DNA from: Candidatus Porisulfidus sp. TsSOB
GTDB taxonomy: Bacteria > Pseudomonadota > Gammaproteobacteria > Poriferisulfidales > Poriferisulfidaceae
Assembly: GCA_002631715.1 (NCBI GenBank)
Contig: MRSX01000001.1
Coordinates: forward strand, 48,057 to 112,056
Direction: 5' to 3'
Length of the DNA: 64,000 nt
The notes under the pieces were generated by a model. That model saw only the letters and a program-made list of their open reading frames with translations. It made no database searches and was not told the DNA's origin. Each line of letters opens with the position of its first letter. The stretch's first letter is position 1. The position numbers and the translations under genes are program-made. This document shows positions 50,212 to 59,846 of this stretch, one piece after another.

Positions 50212-51159
50212 ATGGACGAAGATACGCTGATCCAGCGGTATTTCAGCTTTGATGCGGATTCGCCGGGCTTGATCCAGGGGCCTGGAGATGATGCGGCGTT
50301 GTTGAAGTTGCCGCCGGAAACTTGCGCGATCAGTACCGATCTGTTTCTGCAGGGAGCGCACTTCGACCCGGGGGATGATCCTGCCGACCTCGGACATAAG
50401 GCGCTAGCAGTTAATCTCAGCGATCTAGCAGCGATGGGTGCCACTCCGGTGTGCTTTACGCTTGGTCTCGCCATGCCGCGCATCGACGAAAGCTGGATCG
50501 CTGGCTTTAGTGAAGGAGTTAAAGGCCTTGCGCGGGAATATGGGGTTGCGCTGGCTGGGGGAGATCTGTCGCGAGGAGAACTTGGGGTTTGTATCACGGT
50601 CATTGGGACGCTGGAAGGAGATACGCCGGCCCTACGGCGCGATGCGGCGATGGTCGGAGATAGGATCGGAGTAACCGGAACAGTCGGAGATGCCGCCTTG
50701 GCTCGTCTATATCCGGACCGGGCTGGGCTGGAGAGTTGCCGCGAGCGACTGTATCGCCCACGACCGAGGGTGGAATTCGGTTGCAACATCCGTGGACATG
50801 CCCATGCGGCGATGGATATCTCGGACGGTGTCTTGAAAGACTTGGGAAGATTGCTCAAGGCGAGCGGAAAGGGTGCTTTGGTGGAATTGATGGAAATTCC
50901 GCTATCCAAGCCGGTTGCCGACGAACGGACAAAGAGCGGGGATTGGTTCTCGATTCTGGGAGGGGGCGAAGATTACGAGTTGGTATTCACGGCTCCGGAG
51001 TCCGAGTGGGAAGACATCCAGAGAATCGGGCATCAACTCGGTGTGCCAATTAGCAGTATCGGGATAGTTGATGGTGATGACGGCTTGAGATTGACCGAGA
51101 AGGGTGAATCGGTTCCATTACCATCGCAGCTCGGCTACGACCATTTCGGCGGTGCCTAA
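50212..51159 (+). CDS. thiL: thiamine-monophosphate kinase
   Basis: 315 aa. AIR-synthase-related fold (GPGDDAALL, DLAAMGATP). Confidence 0.9.
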   Translation: MDEDTLIQRYFSFDADSPGLIQGPGDDAALLKLPPETCAISTDLFLQGAHFDPGDDPADLGHKALAVNLSDLAAMGATPVCFTLGLAMPRIDESWIAGFSEGVKGLAREYGVALAGGDLSRGELGVCITVIGTLEGDTPALRRDAAMVGDRIGVTGTVGDAALARLYPDRAGLESCRERLYRPRPRVEFGCNIRGHAHAAMDISDGVLKDLGRLLKASGKGALVELMEIPLSKPVADERTKSGDWFSILGGGEDYELVFTAPESEWEDIQRIGHQLGVPISSIGIVDGDDGLRLTEKGESVPLPSQLGYDHFGGA

Positions 51160-51165
51160 CGAAGC

Positions 51166-51636
51166 ATGCGTATCACTTGGCAGGGCTTGACCGTTTTTCT
51201 AGCAACTGGCTTCGGGGTGGGCTATTGCCCGAAAATTCCGGGCACCGTCGGGACTCTCTTGGGGGCGGTACTCTACTTTGGGTTGTCTGCGCATCCTTGG
51301 TCTCTCTACGTGCTGGTGCTGGGGATCATGCTGGTAGTTGGAGTCTGGTTGTGCGAGCAGGCGGTGGAGACTTTCGGAGACCCTGATCCCAAAGAAGTCG
51401 TGTGGGATGAAATGACCGGTTATCTAGTCGCCATGGCGGCGGCACCGCGTAGCTTGGCCTGGGCGGTTGCGGGGTTCGTGCTTTTTCGTTTTTTCGACAT
51501 CGTCAAACCAGGACCCGTAGGTTGGGCAGACCGTCGATTCAGCGGAGGGGTCGGCATCATGTTGGACGACTTATTCGCGGGAATCCTGACATTGTTTGTG
51601 CTTGGAATAGCTGAATGGATTTTGAAGATGGTCTGA
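51166..51636 (+). CDS. pgpA: phosphatidylglycerophosphatase A
   Basis: 156 aa. MVTGYLVAMA...FRFFDIVKPGPVGWADR. Confidence 0.85.
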   Translation: MRITWQGLTVFLATGFGVGYCPKIPGTVGTLLGAVLYFGLSAHPWSLYVLVLGIMLVVGVWLCEQAVETFGDPDPKEVVWDEMTGYLVAMAAAPRSLAWAVAGFVLFRFFDIVKPGPVGWADRRFSGGVGIMLDDLFAGILTLFVLGIAEWILKMV

Positions 51637-51639
51637 GCT

Positions 51640-51861
51640 GCGCCGTACATGCAAGAACAAAATGTAAAAATGGATAAATTGTCTAGAATCCTCCTATAAA
51701 ATATTGAAATAATAGTATTTATATTAAAACAACGCCGTTTTTTAGCCCTCAGAATGAGGAAAACACCTAGGGGATTCTAAAGACTATCCCGTGTGCTGGA
51801 GCAGCGTTTTGGTTGGTCTTGTCCCCGGCCAGTGATACCATCGCAGCCAGTTTTTTGATGC
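51640..51861. other. strongly AT-rich intergenic patch
   Basis: AAATGTAAAAATGGATAAATTGTCTAGAATCCTCCTATAAAATATTGAAATAATAGTATTTATATTAAAACAA. Roughly 25-30% GC over ~120 bp in an otherwise ~63% GC window. Confidence 0.5.
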
Positions 51862-52950
51862 TTGTCTGGCAACCTCGTGAATCCGACCGAAAGTCCTGTC
51901 CAATGGACCTACCGAAAAGGCCGTGGTGCGATCAGCAACCCGACGGGACGCTATGAGTTGGAACAGATCGAATTCCAACACGATGGCCGCGAATATGAGG
52001 CAGAAACCCTCGAGACACGCTACTTCGACGCTCCGGCAAAAAGCCTGATTAATTACAACCAATCGCCCGACATCGCGCTGGACCGTTCCATCAATCCCTA
52101 CCGCGGCTGTGAGCATGGCTGTGCGTACTGTTTCGCACGGCCCAATCACGCTTACCTGGGGTTGTCGCCTGGTTTGGACTTCGAAACCCAAATCTTCTGC
52201 AAGACGAATGCCGCGGAAATTCTGGAGCATGAACTTCAGGCTTCCCGCTATCGGTGCGAGACGATCGGCCTTGGCTACAACACGGATGCCTACCAGCCAA
52301 TCGAACGCCAACTCAAGATCACCCGGTCCATCCTCGAAGTTCTGCGGAAATTCCGCCATCCGGTCTCGGTCATCACCAAATCCTCCCTGCTTGAGCGGGA
52401 TATGGATATCTTGCAGGACATGGCCCGGGACGGCCTCGCAGAAGTGGTTGTCTCCGTCACGACGCTGGATGCGAAGCTCAGCCGAATCCTTGAACCCCGT
52501 GCCGGGGCGCCTCATTCGCGGATTGCACTGGTAGGGGCGTTGTCACAGGCGGGGATTCCGGTTGGTGTTCTAGCGGCGCCAATGATTCCGTTCCTGAACG
52601 ACGGTGAACTGGAGGACATTATTAAGACCGTGGCGGAAGAGGGCGCTTACTGTGCCGGATATGTAGTCCTGCGTCTCCCGCATGAACTGAAGCAATTGTT
52701 CCGGGAATGGCTTGAGCAACACGTTCCGGAACGAGCCGAAAGAATCATGAATACGGTTCGCAGCCTCCACGGTGGGGTTGACTACGATCCCGAATTCGGG
52801 CGCCGCCTGAGCGGGCAGGGAGAATTTGCTCGACTGCTTCGCCAACGTTTCACGCTGGCCTGCAAGCAGCATGGATTGGATGGACAGCGCCATTCGCTGC
52901 GGACGGATCGATTCCGCGTGCCGTCCGATCAGGCGAATCTGTTCGAGTAA
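51862..52950 (+). CDS. radical SAM protein, PA0069/SplB-like family
   Basis: 362 aa. CxxxCxxC cluster motif CEHGCAYCFAR. Confidence 0.8.
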   Translation: MSGNLVNPTESPVQWTYRKGRGAISNPTGRYELEQIEFQHDGREYEAETLETRYFDAPAKSLINYNQSPDIALDRSINPYRGCEHGCAYCFARPNHAYLGLSPGLDFETQIFCKTNAAEILEHELQASRYRCETIGLGYNTDAYQPIERQLKITRSILEVLRKFRHPVSVITKSSLLERDMDILQDMARDGLAEVVVSVTTLDAKLSRILEPRAGAPHSRIALVGALSQAGIPVGVLAAPMIPFLNDGELEDIIKTVAEEGAYCAGYVVLRLPHELKQLFREWLEQHVPERAERIMNTVRSLHGGVDYDPEFGRRLSGQGEFARLLRQRFTLACKQHGLDGQRHSLRTDRFRVPSDQANLFE

Positions 52951-52960
52951 GAGACTGGCT

Positions 52961-53506
52961 GTGGTTTCGTCCCGCGCAACCCTCCCGGATTACGTCGATT
53001 CCGGTCTGCGCGTCCTGTCGGTAGGGCTTAATCCTTCTCTCATTTCGGTCCGCGAGGGCTTCTATTTTGCCAATCCGCGGAATCGTTTCTGGCGAGCCTT
53101 CGATGAATCGGGATTAGCCGAATCTCAGGGCGAACCCTCGCAGTCGCGCCACCGGGTGCTGCTGGAGCAGGACCGGATCGGATTTACCGACGTGGTCAAG
53201 CGGCCCAGCCGGCAGGGGCATGAATTGCGGGCTGGAGATTTCCGGCGCGATGCGCCGCGCCTGCTACAGTTGATCGAAGAAATCCAGCCAACCTGGGCTT
53301 GGTTTCATGGCAAGCAGGCGTATCGTCATTTTCTGAAATACGCTCTTGCCCTGTCCCCCAGAGAGATCCGCTGGGGATTGCAGTCTCGAATGATTGGGGA
53401 GGTGCGCGTGTATGTCACACCTAACCCAAGTCCAGCCAACGCCGCTTATTCGCTGGCCGACCTCCGACGTCGCTATCGCCGCTTGGCACGCCATGCCAAT
53501 GCATAA
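52961..53506 (+). CDS. mug: G/T-U mismatch-specific DNA glycosylase (Mug family)
   Basis: GLRVLSVGLNPSLISVREGFYFANPRNRFW matches the Mug N-terminal motif (E. coli GLRVVFCGINPGLSS...FAHPANRFW). Non-ATG start (GTG 52961) just after the radical SAM stop. Confidence 0.7.
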   Translation: MVSSRATLPDYVDSGLRVLSVGLNPSLISVREGFYFANPRNRFWRAFDESGLAESQGEPSQSRHRVLLEQDRIGFTDVVKRPSRQGHELRAGDFRRDAPRLLQLIEEIQPTWAWFHGKQAYRHFLKYALALSPREIRWGLQSRMIGEVRVYVTPNPSPANAAYSLADLRRRYRRLARHANA

Positions 53507-54305
53507 ACTCAAATATGCTCTTGTCGCGGTGTTGTGGCTTTCGGCCGCTTCGGCCGAGACCTTGCCCCCACCGCAGGAAATCGCGTTTACCGCACCGGTT
53601 TATCAATCCGAGGACACTATTGAACTGACCGCCTACCTGTATCGGCCAGAGGGGCAGGGTCCGCATCCGGCTATCGTGGATCTGCATGGTTGCAACGGAA
53701 TCTGGCCGGTGCGTTCGCGACCTTGGCTCGAACGCTATCTCAACTGGGGCTTCGCAGTCCTGCAGGTCGACAGTTTCGGTCCTCGCGGACAAGACAACAT
53801 CTGTGCAAGCCTGTTTGCCATTCCGACTTGGCAGCGGGCCCGGGATGCGCATGCAGCGAAGCGGTGGCTGTTCAAGCAGTCTTGGGTGGCTGATCAAGAA
53901 ATCTACCTGACCGGGTTCTCGCACGGTGCGACGACGGTCCTGCTTGCTTTACACGATGACTTGAATTCAAAACAGCCGTTTGCGGGAGCGATCGCAGTCG
54001 CGCCCTGGTGTCTGGATCAGTTCGGAAATTCGCACACGGATCTGCTGATCCTGATCGGCGGGCAGGATCAATGGACGCCGGCACAGCGTTGCCGGGTGAT
54101 GATCTCGGTTCGCCCCGAACGGGTCGAACTGGTGATCTACGAACATGCTTATCACAGCTTCGACGCACCGGGTGTCGATAGCATCTATCTAGGACAGCGG
54201 GTGGCGTTCGATGCTCAGGTCGCCCGAGACGCGAGGCATCGAGCGCGAGAGTTTTTCAGGGAACGGGTGGGGGCGCATCTGCGCCGAGGAGAACTACTGC
54301 GCTGA
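53499..54305 (+). CDS. dienelactone hydrolase family protein (secreted)
   Basis: Start MHKLKYALVAVLWLSAASA overlaps the mug stop (ATGCATAA). DLHGCNG, GFSHGA nucleophile elbow. Confidence 0.7.
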   Translation: MHKLKYALVAVLWLSAASAETLPPPQEIAFTAPVYQSEDTIELTAYLYRPEGQGPHPAIVDLHGCNGIWPVRSRPWLERYLNWGFAVLQVDSFGPRGQDNICASLFAIPTWQRARDAHAAKRWLFKQSWVADQEIYLTGFSHGATTVLLALHDDLNSKQPFAGAIAVAPWCLDQFGNSHTDLLILIGGQDQWTPAQRCRVMISVRPERVELVIYEHAYHSFDAPGVDSIYLGQRVAFDAQVARDARHRAREFFRERVGAHLRRGELLR

Positions 54306-55022
54306 GACGATCTTCTGCAGGGGGTAGTAAAGTCCGAAGTGATCGCCAGTGATGTGCAGATGCAGGGTGTCGTTCTGAGCCTGGGTGTCCCCGACATGAG
54401 CCATCCCGGCGTAGTGACCGTCCGCGGTACTGCAGGAGGCGAGTTCCAAGTTCACGTTCAGGGCATTGATGTTGGGACGAATCTTCTCGAGGGTTCCATA
54501 GTAATTGCACCCGGTGCTGTCCGTCCCTTTGATTTCGCCCGTTGGCATCACGTTTATGCTGATGCTTAGTTGATCCGAGATATACTCCCACAGCCCTGCG
54601 AGTTCGGCGACATCGATCACGCGCTCGAACAGCGGATCGTAGTTCAGTGTCAACGTGCCGGTGTCCTCGCCTGTGGTCAAGTACTGAGCGGTAATCACGG
54701 AGGCCTGTTCACTTACCGCTCCGTTCAGTTGCACGGTTCCAAACAAGGAACCGTCGCGGATGTACATTGACATGTTGGAGTGGTAAGTCTGTTCATCGCC
54801 GACCACGGTGCCACGATAGACCACGTTGGAACTGACGCTATAGGCCGAGACAATTCCGCCCACGTACAGCGCGGTAAAGTCGTAAGGTCCCCGGCCTTTA
54901 ATATCGAATTCGCCACTCCACAGCCCGTCCAGAACCTGCGGTGCGGAATCATCTGCGGCGAAGGCGGAAAGGCTTGTGGCCAGCATCAGGGCACCAAGCC
55001 AGGCAATCGGTTTTCTATCCAT
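54294..55022 (-). CDS. secreted hypothetical protein
   Basis: Start at MDRKPIAWLGALMLATSLSAFA (signal peptide). Start codon overlaps the stop of the upstream membrane-protein gene (TGATG). Confidence 0.5.
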   Translation of the reverse strand: MDRKPIAWLGALMLATSLSAFAADDSAPQVLDGLWSGEFDIKGRGPYDFTALYVGGIVSAYSVSSNVVYRGTVVGDEQTYHSNMSMYIRDGSLFGTVQLNGAVSEQASVITAQYLTTGEDTGTLTLNYDPLFERVIDVAELAGLWEYISDQLSISINVMPTGEIKGTDSTGCNYYGTLEKIRPNINALNVNLELASCSTADGHYAGMAHVGDTQAQNDTLHLHITGDHFGLYYPLQKIVSAQ

Positions 55023-55564
55023 CAATAATGTTGCGTGGGAAGCAGACCGCCGGAAGGCTGGCTGTTTTGGAGTAGCCGTAAAAGGCCGAACAAGGCAATC
55101 CCGAACAGCAGAGTGGCGATCAGCGTATGGTGAAAAAATGGAATTGCGGCCACATAGCAGGCGAGCAGCCCGGTTGTAGTCATCGGATAAAAATCGCCCT
55201 GCAGCCAAACTGCGAAGTTGGTCAGCAGGAAGAACAGCGCAGAGCCGGAAACGCCAGCTCCCAGAGTGGTCAGCACGCCAGGAGGGCTAAGCATCCAGCG
55301 GCCGAGCCCTACGCACAGGGCGACGGCTAGGTAGACGGCCCAGACCTGGTCATGGAATCCCAGCACCAGGTCTCCGGCGGCCATGCCAAGCAGTGGGATC
55401 AGCAGGGTGTGGGAAGGGCGCGCGTACAAGACACCGCAAAAGATCGCGACGGCAAGCACGGGAGTAAAGTTCGGGGGGTGTGGGATGAGTCGGGAGAAGA
55501 CGATCAGGAGGATCAGTCCGACGGCGATCCATGCGCCTTGTTGCCTGCGTAAGAGTGTTTGCAT
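55022..55564 (-). CDS. hypothetical polytopic membrane protein
   Basis: 180 aa, ~5-6 hydrophobic helices. Translationally coupled to the downstream secreted-protein gene. Confidence 0.5.
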   Translation of the reverse strand: MQTLLRRQQGAWIAVGLILLIVFSRLIPHPPNFTPVLAVAIFCGVLYARPSHTLLIPLLGMAAGDLVLGFHDQVWAVYLAVALCVGLGRWMLSPPGVLTTLGAGVSGSALFFLLTNFAVWLQGDFYPMTTTGLLACYVAAIPFFHHTLIATLLFGIALFGLLRLLQNSQPSGGLLPTQHY

Positions 55565-55637
55565 GGCGGCAGGGATTTTACCTTATTGCGGATTGACACT
55601 TGCTTGCCGAACAGAGAAAATAACCCGCCACGGTGGC

Positions 55638-55713
<76 letters not shown>

Positions 55714-55834
55714 ACCCTCTCCGGATGAATCAACTCCACCGCCCCAGGCGCGGGGCTGACTTCGCCTGTGGCCGGTTTTGGCATAATAAACTTGAATTTT
55801 TCCCTGCCTGCCACTTCAAGTTTTCTCGTGCACG

Positions 55835-56212
55835 ATGCTGCCTGAGCACCCTGTATCGCCTCATCTGCAGATCTATCGCCTGCCGCTGGCGGCGGTTTTA
55901 TCGATCAGCCATCGCATCACGGGCGTATTGCTGACGGCTGCTGCGGTCGCGTTGGCTTTCCTGGTTGCGGCAGCGGCCTATGCGCCGGCCCTCTGGCAAA
56001 TCGCCATGGCGGGGTTGCAGCATCCGCTGGGACAGGTCGTGCTGATCGCCTGGACATTCGCGTTGGCATTCCACTTGTGCACCGGAATCCGGCACTTGGT
56101 CTGGGATGCCTGCATTGGGCTCAGCATGCCGGCCGTGCAGGCAAGCAACTGGCTGGTCTTGGCAGGGTCCACCACGCTGACGATCGCCGTCTGGACTTGG
56201 ATCTGGGCATGA
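55835..56212 (+). CDS. sdhC: succinate dehydrogenase cytochrome b556 subunit
   Basis: 125 aa. SPHLQIYRLPLAAVLSISHRITG. Confidence 0.85.
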   Translation: MLPEHPVSPHLQIYRLPLAAVLSISHRITGVLLTAAAVALAFLVAAAAYAPALWQIAMAGLQHPLGQVVLIAWTFALAFHLCTGIRHLVWDACIGLSMPAVQASNWLVLAGSTTLTIAVWTWIWA

Positions 56213-56547
56213 GCGGGCCCGGCGCGGCACGGCGGCACTGGTGGTTGGAGCGGATCACCTCGGTCGCGTTGATTCCCCTGTCGGTTTGGCTGATCTACTC
56301 CTTGGGCAGCGGAAATTTGGCGGATCTGGCCCATTTTGGGCAATGGGTCGGGCAGGGCGGCACAGTCCTCTGGCTGGGTCTGTTCTTCCTGGCATCGCTC
56401 TACCATGCCAAACTCGGTCTTGAAGTCATCATCGACGACTATGTCAGCAATCCGGGCTGGAACCGCAGCGTACACCGCTTGGCCCAACTGATCCTCTTCC
56501 TTTCCCTTGTCGCTGCCTTTGCGGGAATCTCGCATTTCTTGACATGA
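56209..56547 (+). CDS. sdhD: succinate dehydrogenase hydrophobic membrane anchor
   Basis: Start [19 protein letters not shown] overlapping the sdhC stop. 112 aa, 3 TM. Confidence 0.8.
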   Translation: MSGPGAARRHWWLERITSVALIPLSVWLIYSLGSGNLADLAHFGQWVGQGGTVLWLGLFFLASLYHAKLGLEVIIDDYVSNPGWNRSVHRLAQLILFLSLVAAFAGISHFLT

Positions 56548-58334
56548 CTGACGCCTACAAACTGGTCGAGCATCACTACGATGTCGTGGTTGTCGGTGCC
56601 GGCGGGGCTGGCCTTCGTGCAACTTTGGGCATGGCCGTGAAGGGTTTATCGACCGCCTGCATCACAAAGGTGTTTCCGACTCGCAGCCACACGGTCGCCG
56701 CGCAGGGCGGAGTCAGTGCGGCGCTTGGCAACATGGGGCCGGACGATTGGCGCTGGCACATGTACGACACGGTCAAGGGTTCCGACTGGCTGGGCGATCA
56801 GGATGCCATCCAGTACATGTGCCGCGAGGCGATTCCGGCCATTATCGAACTGGAGCATTACGGAGTCCCGTTTTCGCGGACGGACGAAGGCAAGATCTAC
56901 CAGCGTCCCTTCGGCGGCATGACGACGCATTTCGGCGAGGGGATCGCACAACGCACCTGCGCTGCTGCAGACCGAACCGGCCACGCCATCCTGCATACGC
57001 TGTATCAGCAGTCTCTCAAGCATCAGGCCCAATTTTTCATCGAATACTTCGCCATGGATCTGGTTATGGACGACGACGGCCGGTGCTGCGGTGTAGTCGC
57101 TTGGGATCTCGCAACCGGGGAATTGCATCATTTTCACGCCCACACGGTGTTGCTGGCGACGGGGGGATACGGGCGCACCTATTTCTCCTGCACTTCGGCA
57201 CATACCTGCACCGGGGACGGCAACGGCATGGTGCAACGCGCCGGGCTGCCCCTGCAAGACATGGAATTCGTGCAGTTCCATCCGACCGGCATTTACGGCG
57301 CCGGCTGCTTGATCACGGAGGGAGTACGGGGAGAAGGAGGTTACCTGACCAACAGCAAGGGTGAACGTTTCATGGAACGGTACGCGCCGAATGCCAAAGA
57401 CTTGGCGTCGCGTGACGTGGTGAGCCGCTCGATGACCATCGAGATCAATGAAGGACGGGGCTGCGGCTCTGAAGCGGACCACATCCACCTGCACCTGGAG
57501 CACCTCGGTGCCGACGTCATCAAGGAACGTCTGCCCGGTATCGCGGAATCGGCACGCATCTTCGCCGGGGTCGACGTGACTCGTGAGCCGATCCCGGTCT
57601 TGCCGACGGTGCACTACACCATGGGCGGCATTCCGACTAACTACAAAGGCGAAGTGGTGACGGTGCGAAACGGGGACCCGGATGCGGTGGTGCCGGGATT
57701 GATGGCCATCGGGGAGGCGGCTTGCGTTTCGGTACACGGGGCGAACCGCTTGGGTTCCAACTCTTTGCTGGACTTGGTTGTCTTTGGCCGTGCGGCGGCC
57801 ATACGGGCAACGGAACTCATTACGCCGGGCGGCTCCCACCCGGAAGCGCCTCCCTCGGCGGTGGAACGGATCCTGGATCAGTTCGACAAGGTTCGTCACG
57901 CCAATGGCGGCACTCCGACCGCGCAACTCCGTCTGCAACTTCAACGCGTCATGCAGAAGCACGCGGCAGTGTTCCGCACCGGTGAAACGCTGAAGGATGG
58001 CCTGGAGCAAGTCCGGGTCGCGAATCAGGCTTTCGGCGACATTCAAGTCAGCGACCGATCCATGATATGGAATACCGATCTTGTCGAGACCTTGGAATTG
58101 CAGAACCTGCTGCCGCAAGGACTGATGACGCTGGAATCCGCGTTGAATCGCCTGGAGAGCCGCGGCGCCCATGCCCGGGAAGACTACCCGGAACGCAATG
58201 ACGATGAATGGATGAAGCACACGGTTTGCTGGTACGGCGAACAGGGGTCATGCCGCATCGAATACCGGGATGTCCACATGCATACCTTGGATGACGAGGT
58301 GGAAGTGATTCCGCCGAAAGCCCGCGTATACTGA
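56544..58334 (+). CDS. sdhA: succinate dehydrogenase flavoprotein subunit
   Basis: 596 aa. [14 protein letters not shown] site, [10 protein letters not shown] covalent-FAD His region. Confidence 0.97.
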   Translation: MTDAYKLVEHHYDVVVVGAGGAGLRATLGMAVKGLSTACITKVFPTRSHTVAAQGGVSAALGNMGPDDWRWHMYDTVKGSDWLGDQDAIQYMCREAIPAIIELEHYGVPFSRTDEGKIYQRPFGGMTTHFGEGIAQRTCAAADRTGHAILHTLYQQSLKHQAQFFIEYFAMDLVMDDDGRCCGVVAWDLATGELHHFHAHTVLLATGGYGRTYFSCTSAHTCTGDGNGMVQRAGLPLQDMEFVQFHPTGIYGAGCLITEGVRGEGGYLTNSKGERFMERYAPNAKDLASRDVVSRSMTIEINEGRGCGSEADHIHLHLEHLGADVIKERLPGIAESARIFAGVDVTREPIPVLPTVHYTMGGIPTNYKGEVVTVRNGDPDAVVPGLMAIGEAACVSVHGANRLGSNSLLDLVVFGRAAAIRATELITPGGSHPEAPPSAVERILDQFDKVRHANGGTPTAQLRLQLQRVMQKHAAVFRTGETLKDGLEQVRVANQAFGDIQVSDRSMIWNTDLVETLELQNLLPQGLMTLESALNRLESRGAHAREDYPERNDDEWMKHTVCWYGEQGSCRIEYRDVHMHTLDDEVEVIPPKARVY

Positions 58335-58353
58335 CACGAGCAAGAACCGGATC

Positions 58354-59136
58354 ATGGCTCAATTCACTCTTCCTGCCAACGCGGTCGTTCGCAAGGACGG
58401 GCACCGATATCCGGCGCCGTCGGGTGCCGAAAATGTGCGGTCGTTCCAGGTCTACCGCTACGAGCCGGACGAAGGGGAGAACCCAAGGCTGGATCACTAC
58501 GAAGTGGATCTGGACCAGTGCGGCCCGATGATTCTGGACGTGCTCATCAAGATCAAGAACGAGGTCGATCCGACCCTGTCGTTCCGCCGTTCCTGCCGCG
58601 AGGGAATTTGCGGTTCCTGCTCCATGAACATCAATGGGCGCAACACCTTGGCCTGCACCTGTGGGGTGGACCAGTTCAAGGGGGACATCCGGATCTATCC
58701 GCTGCCTCACATGCCGGTGGTCCGAGACCTGGTGACGGACCTGTCGGGGTTCTACCGGCAGTATGCCGCCGTAGAGCCGTGGCTGAAGAATGGCGCAGAC
58801 GAACCGGAACGCGAACGCTTGCAGCAAAAAGAGGACCGTGCCCGGTTGGATGGCCTGGAAGAGTGCATCCTGTGCGCCTGCTGTTCCACCAGTTGCCCGA
58901 GCTACTGGTGGAATCCGGACAAGTACTTGGGGCCGGCAGCCTTGCTGCAGGCATGGCGCTGGCTCGCGGACAGTCGCGACCAGGCGACGGACGAACGGTT
59001 GGAGTCCCTGGAGGATGCCTTCAAGCTGTACCGTTGTCACACGATCATGAATTGCACCCAGACCTGTCCCAAGGGGCTGAATCCTGCGCGGGCCATCGCC
59101 GAAATCAAGAAAATGGTGGCCTTGCGCAAGTCCTGA
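58354..59136 (+). CDS. sdhB: succinate dehydrogenase iron-sulfur subunit
   Basis: 260 aa. [15 protein letters not shown] [2Fe-2S], [12 protein letters not shown] and [13 protein letters not shown] clusters. Confidence 0.97.
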   Translation: MAQFTLPANAVVRKDGHRYPAPSGAENVRSFQVYRYEPDEGENPRLDHYEVDLDQCGPMILDVLIKIKNEVDPTLSFRRSCREGICGSCSMNINGRNTLACTCGVDQFKGDIRIYPLPHMPVVRDLVTDLSGFYRQYAAVEPWLKNGADEPERERLQQKEDRARLDGLEECILCACCSTSCPSYWWNPDKYLGPAALLQAWRWLADSRDQATDERLESLEDAFKLYRCHTIMNCTQTCPKGLNPARAIAEIKKMVALRKS

Positions 59137-59137
59137 C

Positions 59138-59386
59138 ATGTCGGAGCAGGACCGGTTGCGTTGGCACTGCCGGCGCGGCACTCGGGAGTTGGATCTCATG
59201 CTGATGCGGTATCTGGATCAAGAATATCCTCGGGCCTCCACCGCCGAGCGCGCGGCATTCGCGCGGCTACTGGAATGCCCGGACCCCGAACTCCAGGAAA
59301 TGTTTCTGGGGGCACAAGCCGCCCCGGATCCAGAGATGGAGTCGGTCGCTCGGAAAATACGCACAGGCACGCCGGATCATGACTGA
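59138..59386 (+). CDS. sdhE: FAD assembly factor SdhE (YgfY/DUF339)
   Basis: 82 aa. RLRWHCRRGTRELDLMLMRYLDQEY. Confidence 0.8.
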   Translation: MSEQDRLRWHCRRGTRELDLMLMRYLDQEYPRASTAERAAFARLLECPDPELQEMFLGAQAAPDPEMESVARKIRTGTPDHD

Positions 59387-59846
59387 ATTCTCCACATCTC
59401 TAGCCACCACCCCGCAACCTGCCGCGTTGATCGCGCTCTACGACGTCAACTATCAGTGCCTGCTCGCCCTGTGCCCGTCGCTGCGCAACCCCGCCATGCA
59501 GCCTCATTCGTATCTCGATGACTCCCTGCCGGACCAACCCCCGCTTCAACTGGTGTTCTACGAGCACACTCGGCATACGGCCACGCTTGGTTTGGCCTGC
59601 CGCCGGGACGGGGAGGGGGCGGAATTCCTGCCGGATGTCCAATTGCGCCTGTACCGGGACTCCCGGCAAGTCGAACTGCTCGCCCATCACGGGGTTTCGT
59701 TGCTCCCGGGTCGGATTCCGGAAGGAAGCTCTCGGACGGAATGGCTGTCTCGCCGCTATTCCGGCAACCGATTTCTGTTCGACTGGTTGCGGGATTGCCT
59801 CCGACGGGGCTATCATTTAGCGCCTCATTCCGGACGCCTTGCATGA
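59379..59846 (+). CDS. hypothetical soluble protein in the ygfX position downstream of sdhE
   Basis: 155 aa, no TM helices. Overlaps sdhE and metX by 4-8 nt. Confidence 0.45.
   Translation: MTEFSTSLATTPQPAALIALYDVNYQCLLALCPSLRNPAMQPHSYLDDSLPDQPPLQLVFYEHTRHTATLGLACRRDGEGAEFLPDVQLRLYRDSRQVELLAHHGVSLLPGRIPEGSSRTEWLSRRYSGNRFLFDWLRDCLRRGYHLAPHSGRLA

Noticed and set aside
56646-59199. Long minus-strand ORFs 56646..58220 (524 aa) and 58048..59199 (383 aa).
   Set aside because: Antisense to sdhA and sdhB, which are unambiguous.
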